Source: a virus (taxonomy: Duplodnaviria; Caudoviricetes). Taken from it: a stretch of DNA of 64,000 nt. Under the pieces are notes generated by a model. It saw nothing but the letters and a program-made list of their open reading frames with translations. It searched no databases and was not told the origin of the DNA. This document shows positions 10,003-23,434 of this stretch, piece after piece; within the stretch, counting starts at the first letter, position 1; each line of letters begins with the position of its first letter. A program made the translations under genes and the position numbers. Location of the stretch: IMG/VR virus record IMGVR_UViG_3300032007_000052, positions 30,033 through 94,032 of that record. The stretch is one strand, 5' to 3'.

Positions 10003-10078
10003 CAAAAAACCGCTCCGACCTCACACGTTTGAGCGGCTTTTTGCAATTCAAACCAAAGGGTATTGCTACCTTTTTTGT
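10003..10078 (-). ncRNA. antisense antitoxin sRNA of type I TA
   Basis: minus-strand promoter TTGAAA-17-TATACT (10113-10085); bidirectional terminator ccgctc/gagcgg. Confidence 0.65.
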
Positions 10079-10095
10079 GAGATAAGTATATCAAA

Positions 10096-11280
10096 TCAGT
10101 ATTTTAATTTCAAGGGTCCCGGCCCACTTGCTAGTATCAACGGGAATCTAAACGTCAATACATTAGCATATCGTTTTAACCAGCCTGTTTTGACCGTAGT
10201 AGCACGATAAAATGTTTTTGGTATATTTCTACCATAGCAATATACAAATGTCATATAAACGAATTTACACGGTTTGCATGTTTGGATTTCTTCACGAATA
10301 CCTTCAGAAAGTTCCATAGAATTATTTTTAGAAATGTCTTCAGGAGCTTTTTTATTAGATAATTCTTCAAACTTTTCTTCTGATGATTTAATAGAAATTG
10401 AATCATTGACTTTTTCAGATTCGTTTTTAATGTCTTCAATATGCTTTTCTTTTATCTTTTCTTCGCCTTTTATCGACTCTTCGGCTTCTTCTTTTGTTTC
10501 GATAGGCTCAAAAACAGATCTATCATTGCATACTTCTGGGACATCATAACCTTCTTCAGACATCAATCTAATAAAATCTTTACGGGCTTCGTTTATGATT
10601 TCAACCTTCTCAGGATTTTTTATAATCTTGAGAAGGTTTTCGTCAATATATTCGTGAGCAGTTCTATAATTTCCTTTAAAGCTGCCGGCTCCTAAACCAA
10701 CATAAGGAAGAATTATATAATTCAACCCGTCACGTTTATAAACCTGAAAAATATAACCGTATTTTTCAAACTGATAACCTTCATTGCATGAAACGGTTCT
10801 TTTTCCACGTACAGTCATGGAATACACTTGACATTTTTTATATTTTGGTGCAGTTTCGGCTTCGATTTTTTCAATTCCGTAACATGATAGTGCATCGTTC
10901 ATTTTTACAAGCTTATTGACAAATGTATCAATAGCTTTTCTGATATCCGCGTCAAGTTTAGGATCATATAAGCTTTTTAATTTCATTAACTTTTTAACGG
11001 TTAGCGAATAAAACTCATGTATCAAATCAGCTGCGGCAGATCCTTCATCACTCATGTTTAAAATTTCAACGAACTTTTTAAAGTCGGAAGTGCTCCAGGC
11101 TTGCATAGCAGTATATAGATTGATTTTAAAATGTCCGCATCTGTCTGGAGTCGGGTGGTAAGTCAAATCAATGTTTATGGCTTCGTGGTCGACTTCTTCC
11201 CCTTTGTCCAAATAAAAATCCATCAAAGTTTCATAAAGAGCATGTCTTATTACATCCTTTTTATTTTTGTAAATCTTCAT
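10096..11280 (-). CDS. hypothetical protein (leftward early block)
   Basis: 394-aa ORF with RBS. Confidence 0.6.
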   Translation of the reverse strand: MKIYKNKKDVIRHALYETLMDFYLDKGEEVDHEAINIDLTYHPTPDRCGHFKINLYTAMQAWSTSDFKKFVEILNMSDEGSAAADLIHEFYSLTVKKLMKLKSLYDPKLDADIRKAIDTFVNKLVKMNDALSCYGIEKIEAETAPKYKKCQVYSMTVRGKRTVSCNEGYQFEKYGYIFQVYKRDGLNYIILPYVGLGAGSFKGNYRTAHEYIDENLLKIIKNPEKVEIINEARKDFIRLMSEEGYDVPEVCNDRSVFEPIETKEEAEESIKGEEKIKEKHIEDIKNESEKVNDSISIKSSEEKFEELSNKKAPEDISKNNSMELSEGIREEIQTCKPCKFVYMTFVYCYGRNIPKTFYRATTVKTGWLKRYANVLTFRFPLILASGPGPLKLKY

Positions 11281-12480
11281 TTTTTCGTTCTTCCTTCCTC
11301 TTTCCTTTAGTGCCTCCCGGCGGAGTCGCTCCGCCTTTGTGGTCCTCCCTGGAGACTATTGTTTTACATTTTTGAGATGAGATCCGTGTAATACTCTTCA
11401 AGGTCAATTTTCCCACAGTCATTAATAATAGACTGCATTTCCTGCACGGTTGCATCATTAAAGAGATCATTAACAGCTAAATCACACTCGTGTTTAGTGA
11501 TGTATTTGTGTGTTAGGTCTTCAACATGTTCCGGATCGTAGGACTTTATTATAAAATCTGTATATATTTCCATTGAATTAAAGTAAACATATAGAGCCAG
11601 TTCTTCGCGCAATTCTTTTATATCTTCTGGGCTAAGATCTACTTTATCCGTAATCTTATCAATCAAAGAATCTAAATTTTCTTTAGTTGTAAACTCATCG
11701 TATCCGTCGAAGCTTTCATCGATCCAAAAATCATTGATAAAAATCACCATATGGCTTTGATAAAACTTGATAAGGGCCTCACCGATTGACAGATTAATTT
11801 TACTTATAGACATTTTTTATCCTCCTAAATTTTTATATCAATAATCTTTTTGTAAGTCGATACACTCGATGTCATCAGCGTTTCAATCATCCATTGCCGC
11901 ATATTCATCGACCCAGGTTCCGTTTATGTATATTTCGTATCCGGTAGCGTGGCGGCCGTCTTTATCAAATGGCATTGTCTTGAGTTGCCTTTTGATCTCT
12001 CCATCTTTTGATATAAAACAGTGATCAATATAAGATGGATCATCAAAGTCATATATTGTTATTTTTATCTTATCAGAATCAATCCCTGAAAAAATATTAC
12101 CCTTATAATTTAGATAGTAATCTACCGGATTAATCCAGCCTTCTAGTCTATCAATTTGTTGATGATTCCACTTGCCTTCTTCAAAATAACTTAATTCTAC
12201 AATATACAATTCTTTTAATGAGCTGATTTCGATAACTTCAGAAACCCACGCAGCGGATAACTCGTTGCATTCTTCGTCGGTTATTGATATTTTTATATCC
12301 TCTCCGACTTTTTTACTTGCTAGATCTCCGTCGTAATTAAGAATGTATTCTTGGGCGGTCATGTAATTATCGAGATGGTCAAATTCTTCTGTGTAACTTG
12401 TTCCTGATCCTTCAATAAAATTTGATAAAAACACTTTAAACATTTTCTTTTTTCTCCTTCTTTTTTTATACCTTTTTAGT

Positions 12481-12927
12481 TTAAACAGTCATCTGTTTTT
12501 CATATTCATTAATATCTTCCATCGTGATCCATTCTGGTTTAACGCGAAGCTCGTTGTATATCTCCTTCATTTTAGAAATATGATCCGCTACGCTACCACC
12601 CCACAAATGACCTGGGTATCTGGTTGTGTTTAAAAAATAATTACAGTCGGCCTTTAATCTACTCAGCAAACAATAAGAAAGCTTTTGAGAATTTTCTAAT
12701 TGATCTTCATTGTAAAGAATCTTTTCAAGGTCTTCACACTTCACAGGAAAACCCGGTTCGCTATCTTCTCCACAAACTGAATAAAGATTATTCTTTACAA
12801 AATCAAGATCTACAAAACAGTTCGTAAACCGGTCATCAGGAAGCATATACTTTTTTCGAGTCTCCGGATCCTCATACATTGGTTCGTTCATTGCTCCAAT
12901 TTTTCCTAAATATTTTAATTTCTTCAT
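12481..12927 (-). CDS. LPD11-like (large polyvalent protein-associated domain) protein
   Basis: Y.LLSRLKADC.YFL...HLWGG...KPEWIT.EDI..YE..M. Confidence 0.7.
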   Translation of the reverse strand: MKKLKYLGKIGAMNEPMYEDPETRKKYMLPDDRFTNCFVDLDFVKNNLYSVCGEDSEPGFPVKCEDLEKILYNEDQLENSQKLSYCLLSRLKADCNYFLNTTRYPGHLWGGSVADHISKMKEIYNELRVKPEWITMEDINEYEKQMTV

Positions 12928-13474
12928 TGCGTTTTCTCCTTTTTAATTGATTTTATAAAATTCTGATTTGTTTTCTGTTTTTCCTTCAAGGCAGGCGCCG
13001 CAAAAAATATAGTTGCTGTTTTCTTCTTTAAAAGTTAGATATATAGTACCTTCTTTTGTGTAGCCGTATGGCTCGGATGTCTGAAAAATCTTATAAAAAT
13101 ATAACGGCGGTACACAATTAATCAAGTTTTCAACGACATCCATTTTGACAAAATCACCGACGCGGGCGGAATCATAAGTAAAAAAATCTTGAGAAAATAT
13201 TGTTTTACCGTCTTTTTCTGTGTTTTGTTCCGGTTGTCTTTCCGGATGTTCTGGTGTAAAATACCAGGAATCAACTTTTTTAATAAATAAAATATCATCT
13301 TTGTGTGTGGCCTGATATCTTTTTTTGAAAAGCTCGGCGGCCTCGATGCTTAAAAACTCATTTTGCGATGCGGATAATTCAAAATCTTTATATTTATAAA
13401 AAACTTTAAAAACTTTCATATTAAAACCCTTTCTATATATGCCGGAGGCGGTCAACCTCCGGCGCGTGGAAAAA

Positions 13475-14677
13475 TCAACCTTTTTTGTAGAAATTGCCGT
13501 TCATGCTGTCGAAAACGTGTATAGCCCAGTCGCCGCCGTATGTTTTATAAGGCTTTAAACTTTTGGCGCGATCTTCTCCAGGTTTTACGGTCACGCGGTC
13601 GACTGTAATTTTTGTAATTGTGCATACAATAGGAACATATTTTGCACCGGTCCATTTTTCAAGTGTGAACGTGTCCCCAACTTTGAACGGGTGTTCAATT
13701 ATGCCCTCTTGGGCTTTTTCAACGATTGATAAAACCTCGCCATATGTTATTTTTAATGTAAAATTGTCATTTGTTCTGTATGTAACGTATGAAGGCCCAG
13801 CGCTTACAACCGTTACAACTTCGCCTCGAAATCTTCTTATAAAAATTTTGTCGCCCGGCTTTAAATCTTTTTTAGAAAATTTTATCCCGCCGGCCTCATC
13901 AATGATATTTTGATAGTATGCAAGCTTTGAAAAAAGAGCGTCGGCGCGTTCGTTGTCGTATTCGATGTTTTTTTCTAACATTTCAACCGTTATCAATTCG
14001 CCGCGGTAGTTTTTAAGCTGCTCGCCGGCCTCGATTCGTTCAATTTTTTTCTCGGCCTCCTTTATATATGACAAAAGTTTTTTTAGTCCGCTGTTGGCCT
14101 CTTTTATGCGACGCTCACAAAATGCTAGATCTGGTTTTTTTGCCTCTCTTGCTGTATTGCGTGCCGCCTCGGCTCTTTTCTGATAATATTCTGACTTTTT
14201 GAACTCTTCGAAACCTTTTTCAAAAGATGCCCACATAGCATCACGGCGGCGGGTAAATGCTCGGCCGGCTGATGTATTAATATTTGGTTGTGTAAAAAAT
14301 GCGATGTCTCCATGCATTTTATTGATGGGATTTTGCAGTTTTTCCGCGTTTTTTTCTGCCGCTGCGCTCTTATAGTCGTAGTGTTCCGCGCGTGCCTCTG
14401 CACGTTCAATCTTTTTTTCTTGCTGTTCCTCAAAACTCAAGCGCTCGCCGGACGTGCCTCCGTCCTCTAATATTCCGGCCAATTTTTCAATTACTCGATT
14501 GCATTTATAAAAATTTGGCCACTTTTCGCGGCTGATCCAGCATCCGGAATGACGGCCCCACAAAAACGCGCTTTTTATCTCTTTTTTAAGCTCCTCATTC
14601 AATGACACGTATACGCACTTGTCAAAGTGAAGTTCTTTCTTCCCTGTTTCCTTGTTTTCAATAAAATAATTATTCAT
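13475..14677 (-). CDS. DUF3560-domain protein
   Basis: ERAEARAE..., AFFTQPNINTSAGRAF.RRR, KSEYYQKRAEAA. Confidence 0.7.
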   Translation of the reverse strand: MNNYFIENKETGKKELHFDKCVYVSLNEELKKEIKSAFLWGRHSGCWISREKWPNFYKCNRVIEKLAGILEDGGTSGERLSFEEQQEKKIERAEARAEHYDYKSAAAEKNAEKLQNPINKMHGDIAFFTQPNINTSAGRAFTRRRDAMWASFEKGFEEFKKSEYYQKRAEAARNTAREAKKPDLAFCERRIKEANSGLKKLLSYIKEAEKKIERIEAGEQLKNYRGELITVEMLEKNIEYDNERADALFSKLAYYQNIIDEAGGIKFSKKDLKPGDKIFIRRFRGEVVTVVSAGPSYVTYRTNDNFTLKITYGEVLSIVEKAQEGIIEHPFKVGDTFTLEKWTGAKYVPIVCTITKITVDRVTVKPGEDRAKSLKPYKTYGGDWAIHVFDSMNGNFYKKG

Positions 14678-15857
14678 TATTTGCCCTTTCCGGGCTACTC
14701 TGTTATAATATAGTAGCCCTCTAAAATAATCGTGATTGGTTGTTATTGGGTTATAGCCTGCCGGGGTGGCCGCCCTGGGAGGCTTTTAAAGTGATGCAAC
14801 TTCACAAGCTGCATGACGGATTTTTCTTTCAAAAACATCATAGCCTTCATCCAGTGGATCCGTTGGAAGTTGGATTCCTTGAATTATGGCTTTGTTTTTA
14901 ACGAGTCTTTCGACTTCCCCTTCAATACGTGGAAGAACTCCCTTCATTTTTATACGTAAATCAGTGTTTAGGCCGAGTGAAAAGCGTATTGCTTTTTTTG
15001 CTTCGTTGTCTAACTCAATAGACAAATCTTTATGAATTTTTATAAACATAAAACCTCCCTTCAGAATACCTCTAAATAAAGGTCATCAACATAAAGTTGA
15101 TCTATATAGTGCTTTATTAGATCTTCTTTCGTCCCTATAGCTGCATCAATATGATCATCTGATGTTTTTATATAGTTTTCATGCATTATAGGGAGGCCGT
15201 CGCTTCCTTCATAACTTAATTGATAGGCTACACCTTTGCGTGTGGATCTATGAAGATAACGCTTTTGACCTTGAGAAGTTGTATAATATACCATCGAATT
15301 ATTCAATAGTACTTTTTCAAGCTCCGCGGCGCGGGCTGCTTCCTGATTTTCGGCCGCTTCAATTTCTTCATCGGATCCCAGGAAAAAGATTTCCGGCTCA
15401 ATATTAAATTTTTTGAAGAAGAAAGATTCGTGTTTTACTTCCTTTTTTTCCATATTAGAGTTTCCTTTTTTAAAATAATAAAACTAATCCATCGAATATA
15501 GATCTATTAGATCGTTGCTATGTCCCGTTGGTGACGGTGGTTTGCCCGTTGTCTATGAGTTTATATTCTGTATTTAGTAACCTGGGGCCGTGCCCCGTTC
15601 GGTATGTATATATATTATCATGAGACTATTATAAAAGCAATAGAAAAAGTAAACAAAGAAAAAACAGATACAACCTTGATTATATACAAATTAAACAAAT
15701 GAATATAGGTTATTTTCTGATTATAGTAAAGTTATAAACGAAATACCGCATAAATACTGGATTTCCGGCCTACCGTTCTTAAATTGTTGTTTTTTCGTAG
15801 AAAAATGTGTACACTATAAATGAGATACCGATAACAAATTAACGATAAGGAGTATAT

Positions 15858-16490
15858 ATGAAAAAGGGAACGAACCGCCCAAAAGACAGACTAAATACAT
15901 TAACAAATAAACATACAGAAGATATCGAAATAGTGACAAACCAAACCGAAGAACTGCCACCGGCCGACCTCCGGACGGGTGAGGATGTCCAAAAGGAGTA
16001 TGAACGAATAGCCGTTCAGCAGTTATCTATATTCCGTGAACAGTATCCCGACAAGATGAAGAAGCCCCCGTGTACATGGTTTAATGCTTTACTATTACGT
16101 ATAAAAAAGAACGCTATTCCGTTAGATAGAAATAATCCTGACCAGATCCGCGGGGCCTGGGAATTTTACAAGCAACTTGCCTACGAATGTGAAATCTTCC
16201 CTACAATAGAAGCATTTTCTAATTTGACGGGAATCTATAAAGAGGATTTAAGGAGGCGCGGAAGTAAAGGGTTTTTCGACTTAAACTTGACGTTATACCG
16301 TGATTCAAAGAACGCAATTTTGGATCAAGTTGCAACAAATCCGTACACGCAAATTAATAAAATATTTCTACTAAAAAGCGTGTACGGTTATACAGAGAAC
16401 AACACACAAAAAAACGAACAGCAAATCGATCAGGTGCCAGACATTGACGATATACCGTTGTTTGGTTTGGAAGACAAAAAGAAAAGCTAG
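15858..16490 (+). CDS. putative terminase small subunit-like protein
   Basis: PTIEAFSNLTGI HTH-like segment and IFLLKSVYGYTE motif seen in TerS-like packaging proteins. Confidence 0.5.
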   Translation: MKKGTNRPKDRLNTLTNKHTEDIEIVTNQTEELPPADLRTGEDVQKEYERIAVQQLSIFREQYPDKMKKPPCTWFNALLLRIKKNAIPLDRNNPDQIRGAWEFYKQLAYECEIFPTIEAFSNLTGIYKEDLRRRGSKGFFDLNLTLYRDSKNAILDQVATNPYTQINKIFLLKSVYGYTENNTQKNEQQIDQVPDIDDIPLFGLEDKKKS

Positions 16491-17025
16491 TAATTATCAC
16501 GTTTTCGGGTTCGCAAAATGAGCAAAAAGCGAACTTTTGCAGCCCTTCTGAGATCCTCCTGGGAATGTTTAACAATTCTTTCGCCCAGGGGGAGGAGGGG
16601 TTTGAGAGGCGAAGTTATAGTGTGTGTGGTTACCCCCGTCTTCGCCCAAAAAATAAAAGGAGGCCAAATGGGAAGTAGCAAAACAAGGCTAAAGACGATA
16701 AGGATAAGGAATAAATGTGCAGATTTTTTCGAGGACAGGCCGCTAAATTACTATGTAGAGTGGCTGTATGAGAGTATAGAGCTAGGGGATATTATAGAGG
16801 GGGAGTGGGGATTAGAGATAGGGAGAGAGATAAGTTTAAGGGGGTTAAAGATGGCATGTAAAAGGACAGGAGACAAGCCAAAAGATGTGATAGAGAGGGT
16901 AACGATGGAGCTAAATAGGAAGGCGGATGAGGAGGAAAAGGAGTATTGGGGGGTATACATGGATGGCGAAAATACGGGGTTTATACAAAGGGGGCAAAAA
17001 AGGGGTAAAAAATAGCCACAACCCT

Positions 17026-17237
17026 AGTATTTATCTATGTTAACATGGAATTCAAAAAAGTGAATAGAAAAAGTAAGCGAAATTACAATAAAGCCAGTGT
17101 TTATCTATGTTAACATGGATTATTGTATAACACCTGTTATTTAAGAGAAAAAGCATGCTTTTAATGATAAAAAATGGGAAATTAACAACAATGACGTAGC
17201 AAAAGTGGCATAACACTAGATTCTATCTATGTTAACA
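17026..17237. repeat. three copies of tatctatgttaaca (operator or iteron-like)
   Basis: agtRtttatctatgttaacatgga at 17026 and 17096; core again at 17224. Confidence 0.8.
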
Positions 17238-17851
17238 CAAGATTGGAGGTATTATATGTCAGAATTCAAAAGTGTAGGTGCAAGAGTAACAGAGAAAGAG
17301 TTTGAACAGATGGAATTATATGCAGCAACTCATAACATGACAGTTGCAGCGGTAACAAAGTTATGTCTCAGGAGTCTAATTTATGGGGAGATGGACATCA
17401 TAAAAGGGGAATTAGTTCCGCATATGGAATGTAAGGAAGAGACGAGTGAAAAAATAAAAGAAGAATATGATTTTAAAGGGATTGTAAAGGCATTTGAGAA
17501 GAAGAGGTATACTCCAAATGCGATAAAAGCTTCTATTGAGTCGATAGAGAGTCAGATTTTAGATGGTCCAAATTATAAAGAAAGAAATGACTGGGGATGC
17601 TAGCTAAGGTATAATAGAAATAAAAAAGGGGGCCATATGAAGAATACGATTACTGATTTAAATAATCATCTGTTTGAGCAGTTAGAGAGGCTAAATGATG
17701 AAGAGATTACAGGGAAAGAGCTTGAACAGGAAATAAAGAGGGCAGAGGGCATAGTAAAAGTTTCTAACCAGATAATAATGAATGCGGAGTTAGCTTATAA
17801 AGTTTCCGTTCTAAAGACACCGAACGTACCGGAGATGTTGGAGATAAAAAA

Positions 17852-18637
17852 ATGAGAAAAGTGATGAAAGACGAGGTAAAAACCTTTATAAAGGAGAATT
17901 ACTTGCTTAAGTCAGACTTGCAGCTTTTATATTTGATAGAGGAAAAGTTTGGAGAGACACTAACTGTAACGGCGATAAAATCATATAGAATCAGGAATAA
18001 CCTTAAGAAAACGAATAAATGTAAAGCTTTAATGGATATGGATGAAAAGATAGTAATTGATTACCTTAAAAAGCATGTAGAAGGGAAATCAAACTTAGAA
18101 TTGATGCGGATGGTAAACAAAGAGTTCAATCTAAACTTTACATTTGAGCAGTTTAAGGATTTTAAATCAAGAAGAGGACTTACCAGTGGGAAAAGAGGAT
18201 GGCATAGGGTAGGAAATCCACCAGGAAATAAAGGACATAAGATGACGGAGTACACGACAGAGGAAAAATTAGAGAATAGCCGAAAAAATCAGTTTAAGAA
18301 AGGTGAAAAACCGCATAATTATGTCCCTGTAGGAACTATTTCAAGAAATTCCTATAATCAATTAAGGATAAAAGTTGATGATACTACATGGGAGACTTAT
18401 TCTAGGTACATTTGGGAGAAAGAAGTTGGAGAAATTCCAGAGGGAATGAAAATTGCTTATAAAGATGGGAACGTTGAGAACTGTTCTATCGACAATTTGA
18501 TGTTAGTAAGTCAAAGTGAACTAATGTCGCTAAATCATAGAGGTTTTAGAAGCTCATGTGCTAAATTAACAGAGGCAGGATTAGCTTCTGTTAGATTAGA
18601 AAACAGAGTAAACGAGTTAAAGAAAGGGGATAAATGA
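17852..18637 (+). CDS. HNH endonuclease-family protein (degenerate)
   Basis: QFKKGEKPHNYVPVG, WE...GEIPEG, KDGN..NCSIDNLMLVS. Confidence 0.75.
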   Translation: MRKVMKDEVKTFIKENYLLKSDLQLLYLIEEKFGETLTVTAIKSYRIRNNLKKTNKCKALMDMDEKIVIDYLKKHVEGKSNLELMRMVNKEFNLNFTFEQFKDFKSRRGLTSGKRGWHRVGNPPGNKGHKMTEYTTEEKLENSRKNQFKKGEKPHNYVPVGTISRNSYNQLRIKVDDTTWETYSRYIWEKEVGEIPEGMKIAYKDGNVENCSIDNLMLVSQSELMSLNHRGFRSSCAKLTEAGLASVRLENRVNELKKGDK

Positions 18638-21441
18638 CTGATTTATTAACGATTGCAGAGGCGCGTATTGCTGAAAAGCAGGTGCAAGAGATTGAGAAGG
18701 TAAAACAGAGGCTTGAAGCTGACAGAGATGTTTTGAAACAGGCCATAGAGCTTGTTAATTCACATACTTTGTATAAAAAGGTGGAAACCTATAGATATTG
18801 TTATAAGTACGTGCTTGTGACTGAGGATATGCTAAAAGCTGATTACCTTAAAGAGTCTAAGTATGGTTGGCAACGCGGAATAAAATTTAAAAAAGGTGAT
18901 TCTTCAAAAAGTTGGAATACTGGGATTTTAGAGGTTAACGGAGAAACCTATTACGATATTAGATTTGCCTTAAATGCCTATGAAAAAGATGTAACTGCAA
19001 GGGAATATGAGATAGGTCATTTGCAGGATAAAATAAATGAACTCAAAAAAGAGATTGAACAGCTTAACAATGATTTTCCGTCCCTAAAGGAAGCTATTGA
19101 GGAGTGGATGGCATACCAGGAGGAGCAAAAGAAGAATGAAGAATGAGATTCTTGAGCTAATATCTGTTTTTTTAGAGGATAGAGGATATAAAGTTGATTA
19201 TGACGATGGAGCTATTTACGTGGATAATTTGAGGATTTTAGTAGAAGAGGATAAGTAATGACAAAAACAGTATGTGATATTTGCGGTAAAGATATGCCTT
19301 TAGAAATATATTCAAGATCAATTAAAAATTATAAATTTTGTATATCAAGTTATGGAAAAGTATGGGATATATGTAATGAGTGCAGGGAGGAACTTAATAA
19401 CTGGATGAAAAAACGAAAGGCAGAAAATGTAGAAAATGAAGAATAGTTTCTCAATTATGTATATCAATGGGAAGTATTATACGTATTCGGTTACGTGTGT
19501 AAATGGAAAAGTATATGTTGATATAAATGTAATGTAAAAGTGATACATAAGGGGGCTTTATGAGCAGAGCAATAACAGTTACATTCGATAAAACAGAAGA
19601 AGATATACCTTGTTTATGCGTTACTAGGCAGGTTTTTAGCTTATGTGGGAATGAAATATATGTTGATAAGGTTATCACAGGTGAAAAAGCTGAGAGATTA
19701 TGGGATGAGCTAACAAAGTCTAAAGCTGATAGATGTGAGGTTAAGTAATGGGAGAAAGAAATCCGTTTGAGTTAGATGATTTTACTTTTGATTTGCTTAG
19801 AGTGTTCATAAAACATGGACTTGGCAACATGAAATTGTATGAAACTATATGTTTTCAGTGTCAGTTATGTGACGAAACTGCACTTATGACGTTGGCAGAG
19901 TTTTATGAGAAGTGTATTCCGAGTGAGTTTGCATTATGGAGAAAGGGAAATAAGACTTTGACATTCTCTGATTGGTTGGATGAGAACTGGGAAGAAGGTA
20001 ATTTGTGTCCGCCACCTTTACCAGCACAAGAAGCTTTGTATTTCTTGCATGATTATCTGCTAGAGGGGTGGTATTCTACAATGCCTATGAGTACGGAGCA
20101 GGTAAACACTGAAATGGTGGATATGATATTGCAAAAACATTCAAAAAAATACAGGAAAGAGCTAAAAGAAAGACAGAAAAATGATAAAACGTGAGGATGT
20201 TTTAGAGATTGATTTTAACCGTATCTGTTCTACATATACTAGACCAGCGGAGCATATTTATAATCTTATAGAGAGCATTCCTGAGCAGAAAGTAGTACCT
20301 GAGAGAGAGGTTTACAAGCTTGTAGGTGCGATTCTAGCTGAGATTGATTCAGATAATAGGGGTAGTGCTGATTATTTCATTGTAGACAGGATTGAGGAGA
20401 TTGTTGAAAGGTGGTTAAACCGTGACAAATGAGCAATATTCGACTGCTAAAAAACTTAAGTCAGACATTGATACGCTAGAAAAAATTTACACTGAGATTA
20501 AGGTGAACCATGGTCAAACAGGGCCTATTAAAAGTGTTATTTTGCGGATTGATTTTGAAGAGTTTGTCCATGAGGAAATTATTAAGCTTAATAAGGAATT
20601 TGAGAAACTATAAAATGTATTCGGATGACTTTTTTTACTTCCAAAATTGATAAGTACTAGTCAGAAACGAGGAAAACATGAGTTTGCATATTACAGACAA
20701 GGAAGCACAAAAACTATTCAATAAACTTGAATATAAAGGCTGTAAAAACTGTCAGCATCAAATAGCACCATTAAGGATGTGCAAATGGGCTGAACAAGGT
20801 GGTGATGGACGCATACATTTGATTTGTCCTATGTGGGATAAAAGAGGTTAAAGAGAATGAGAACTATAAGCGAATGGAACAAATATCTCGAAGATTTAAA
20901 AACATTAAGAGATAAGATTTACGAGGGTACAAAAACTACAGATGGATTATGTATACAGTTGTCAATGGAAGATTGTGATATTATATGGGAACTGTTAAGT
21001 AGTGAAGCAGATGAGGTTTTTAACACTCCATTAGAGTTTTATATGAGGGATAATGAAAATTATGATTGATGAAGCGATTAAAACAGAAGAAAATATAGCA
21101 GAAGAAAATCAAAGAGTTGTTGATACTGGTATTGTATTTGACGACGTGACAATTGATATGCTCTACTGTGATGATACCGAAGTGATAGAGGAACATTTAG
21201 CAAATTATCAGAGGCGTGCCGAAGAACACAGGCAACTTGCAGAATGGCTGAAAGAACTGAAAAGCTTAAAAGAGAAAGACGAACCTAAAGCAGTACGTTA
21301 TGAGGGTGACGGATACGCAGATGGTGAAATGGTTTATGACATGGCATTTTGCCCTAACTGTGAGCATGAATTTGAAGAGGACTCAGAAAATTGGATGTGT
21401 GATTTTTGTCCTAACTGCGGTCAGAGATTGAGGTGGGAAGA

Positions 21442-21738
21442 ATGACAAAAGGAATGATTGTTAATATATGCGGAATACCACACAAAGTAATTGAGTGCGA
21501 AGACAACTTTAATGTTGATACACATTTCGGTCAGATAGATTATAAGGCTTGCGAAATCAGAATTAACAAAGATATGTCACAAGAAAGCAAGGACGAAACA
21601 CTTTGCCATGAGATGCTACATGGAATATTAGTTCACCTTGGATATAATGATTATTCGCAGGACGAACAATTAGTGCAAGCACTTGGAAACGCCATATATC
21701 AAGGATTCAGCATTAAGGCAGAGAGTGAGGAAACATGA
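21442..21738 (+). CDS. HExxH metallopeptidase-like (ImmA/IrrE-like) protein, copy 1
   Basis: ETLCHEMLHG. Confidence 0.65.
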   Translation: MTKGMIVNICGIPHKVIECEDNFNVDTHFGQIDYKACEIRINKDMSQESKDETLCHEMLHGILVHLGYNDYSQDEQLVQALGNAIYQGFSIKAESEET

Positions 21739-23434
21739 GTGGAGGAGATTATAGCTATATATATAGCAAGTTATCAATGGAATGTGAAGGCAGAATGTAT
21801 GACGCTGAAATGAATGATTTAATTAAAGATTTGTGCGAAGTTTTGCATGACCTTGAATGGTGGCAAAGTGGGGATACTTCAGAAGAACGTTATAGAAATA
21901 CACTTACGAAGTTTAAGGCTAAGTGGTTTAAGGGTGACAGGCAGGAACGCTTGAAAGGATATATAGATGAGCAAATAGGCATTGTGAGAAGTCAGCTATA
22001 TTCCTTGATAGGCGAGCCACAGGAAAGCGAGGAAACAGAGCCATGATAGAAATTATAAGTCAAGGAAAAAGTCTAAGCGAAGCAAGAGTAAAGTGTACGG
22101 TGGCAAAAATATTACTTACAGAACTATTACCCGCAGAAAAGATATCAGCAGATACGACTGTCAAATTGTTAAATGCTATCGGCGGTATAGGTATAGTAGA
22201 AAGTGAGGATAAGGAATGAAAAATAATGTACCTAATTATCCGCTGATGGTAATGATTGTTCTATTAGAAGGTTTCTTGTTTGGGCTAATCGTAGAAGCAA
22301 TGAGGTGAGTAAGAATGAAAGATAATATCTATTGGCACATATTCAGCAGATTAAAGAAAAAACATCCGAAATGGAGCAAAAAGCAAGTTGGAATGTTTGC
22401 GTACAAAGCGAGGAATAAGAAATGACAGAATACACATTTGAAAACAATGCACTCTATAGATATATACCTATTGATGCTAACACAACAAAAAGGGAATTAG
22501 TTATTACAAAAGATGAATTTCTCATGTGCTACATAAAGTGGATATGCCCTGAACTGCTAAATCACTAATTGGAAAAGTTAAAGAAGAACATTGAAGATAA
22601 GGTTTATAATATATCTGCATATAACGAATGTTTAGATTGCGATGTTATAGATTATGAGGATGTAAATGAAATTATTCAAGAAAAAATCAATGCACTAAAG
22701 GAGAATAAAGATGGGAAGAAGTAATTTAATACCGATTACAAGAATCTATGACATTTATCCTAAATACACATACAGTGATGATGTTAAAAAATTCATGGAT
22801 GAAATTGTAGATATTGACCGAGTCAATGTTTACACGAAAGATGAAATAATAACTATGCTTACAGATTTGGAGTTGGACATTGAGGAAAAGGAAAGCGATT
22901 ACAAAGATAAGTTTATGCAAAGGTCTAATATAATACATGAAACCGCTATGAATGGAAGAATGTTCGGTTGTGGAGAATGTAAAAACCTAATCCAGAAGAA
23001 AATTGATGCTTTAAATATGGAGAATACCCGAAAATAGAATGAAAACATTAAAATATTGCCCTTATTGTGGTAAAGAAATCGAGGTAGAAGAATGACAAGA
23101 GAAGAAATCATAGCAGATGAAAGATACCATACTTGCGGAAGGTGCAGATGGGGAGATTTAAACGAAGATTTATACCCATGTAATAAATGTATTCACGGTG
23201 TTGATAAACGAGAGGATTTTTGGCAGTACGCAGAAAGTGGGGATAATGAATGAGTTTTGATAAGGAATGGGAAGTTGAAGCCACTATTGAGATTAAAACA
23301 TCATTTTTTTGCGACACAAAGGAAGAAGCGGAGAAAGAAGCACATAAATATTTATCAGAATTATGCCAAGGCTTATACCCCGATTGTTGTTCAAATAGCT
23401 ACGAGATTGAGGATATATATAGCTATACAGAAGA

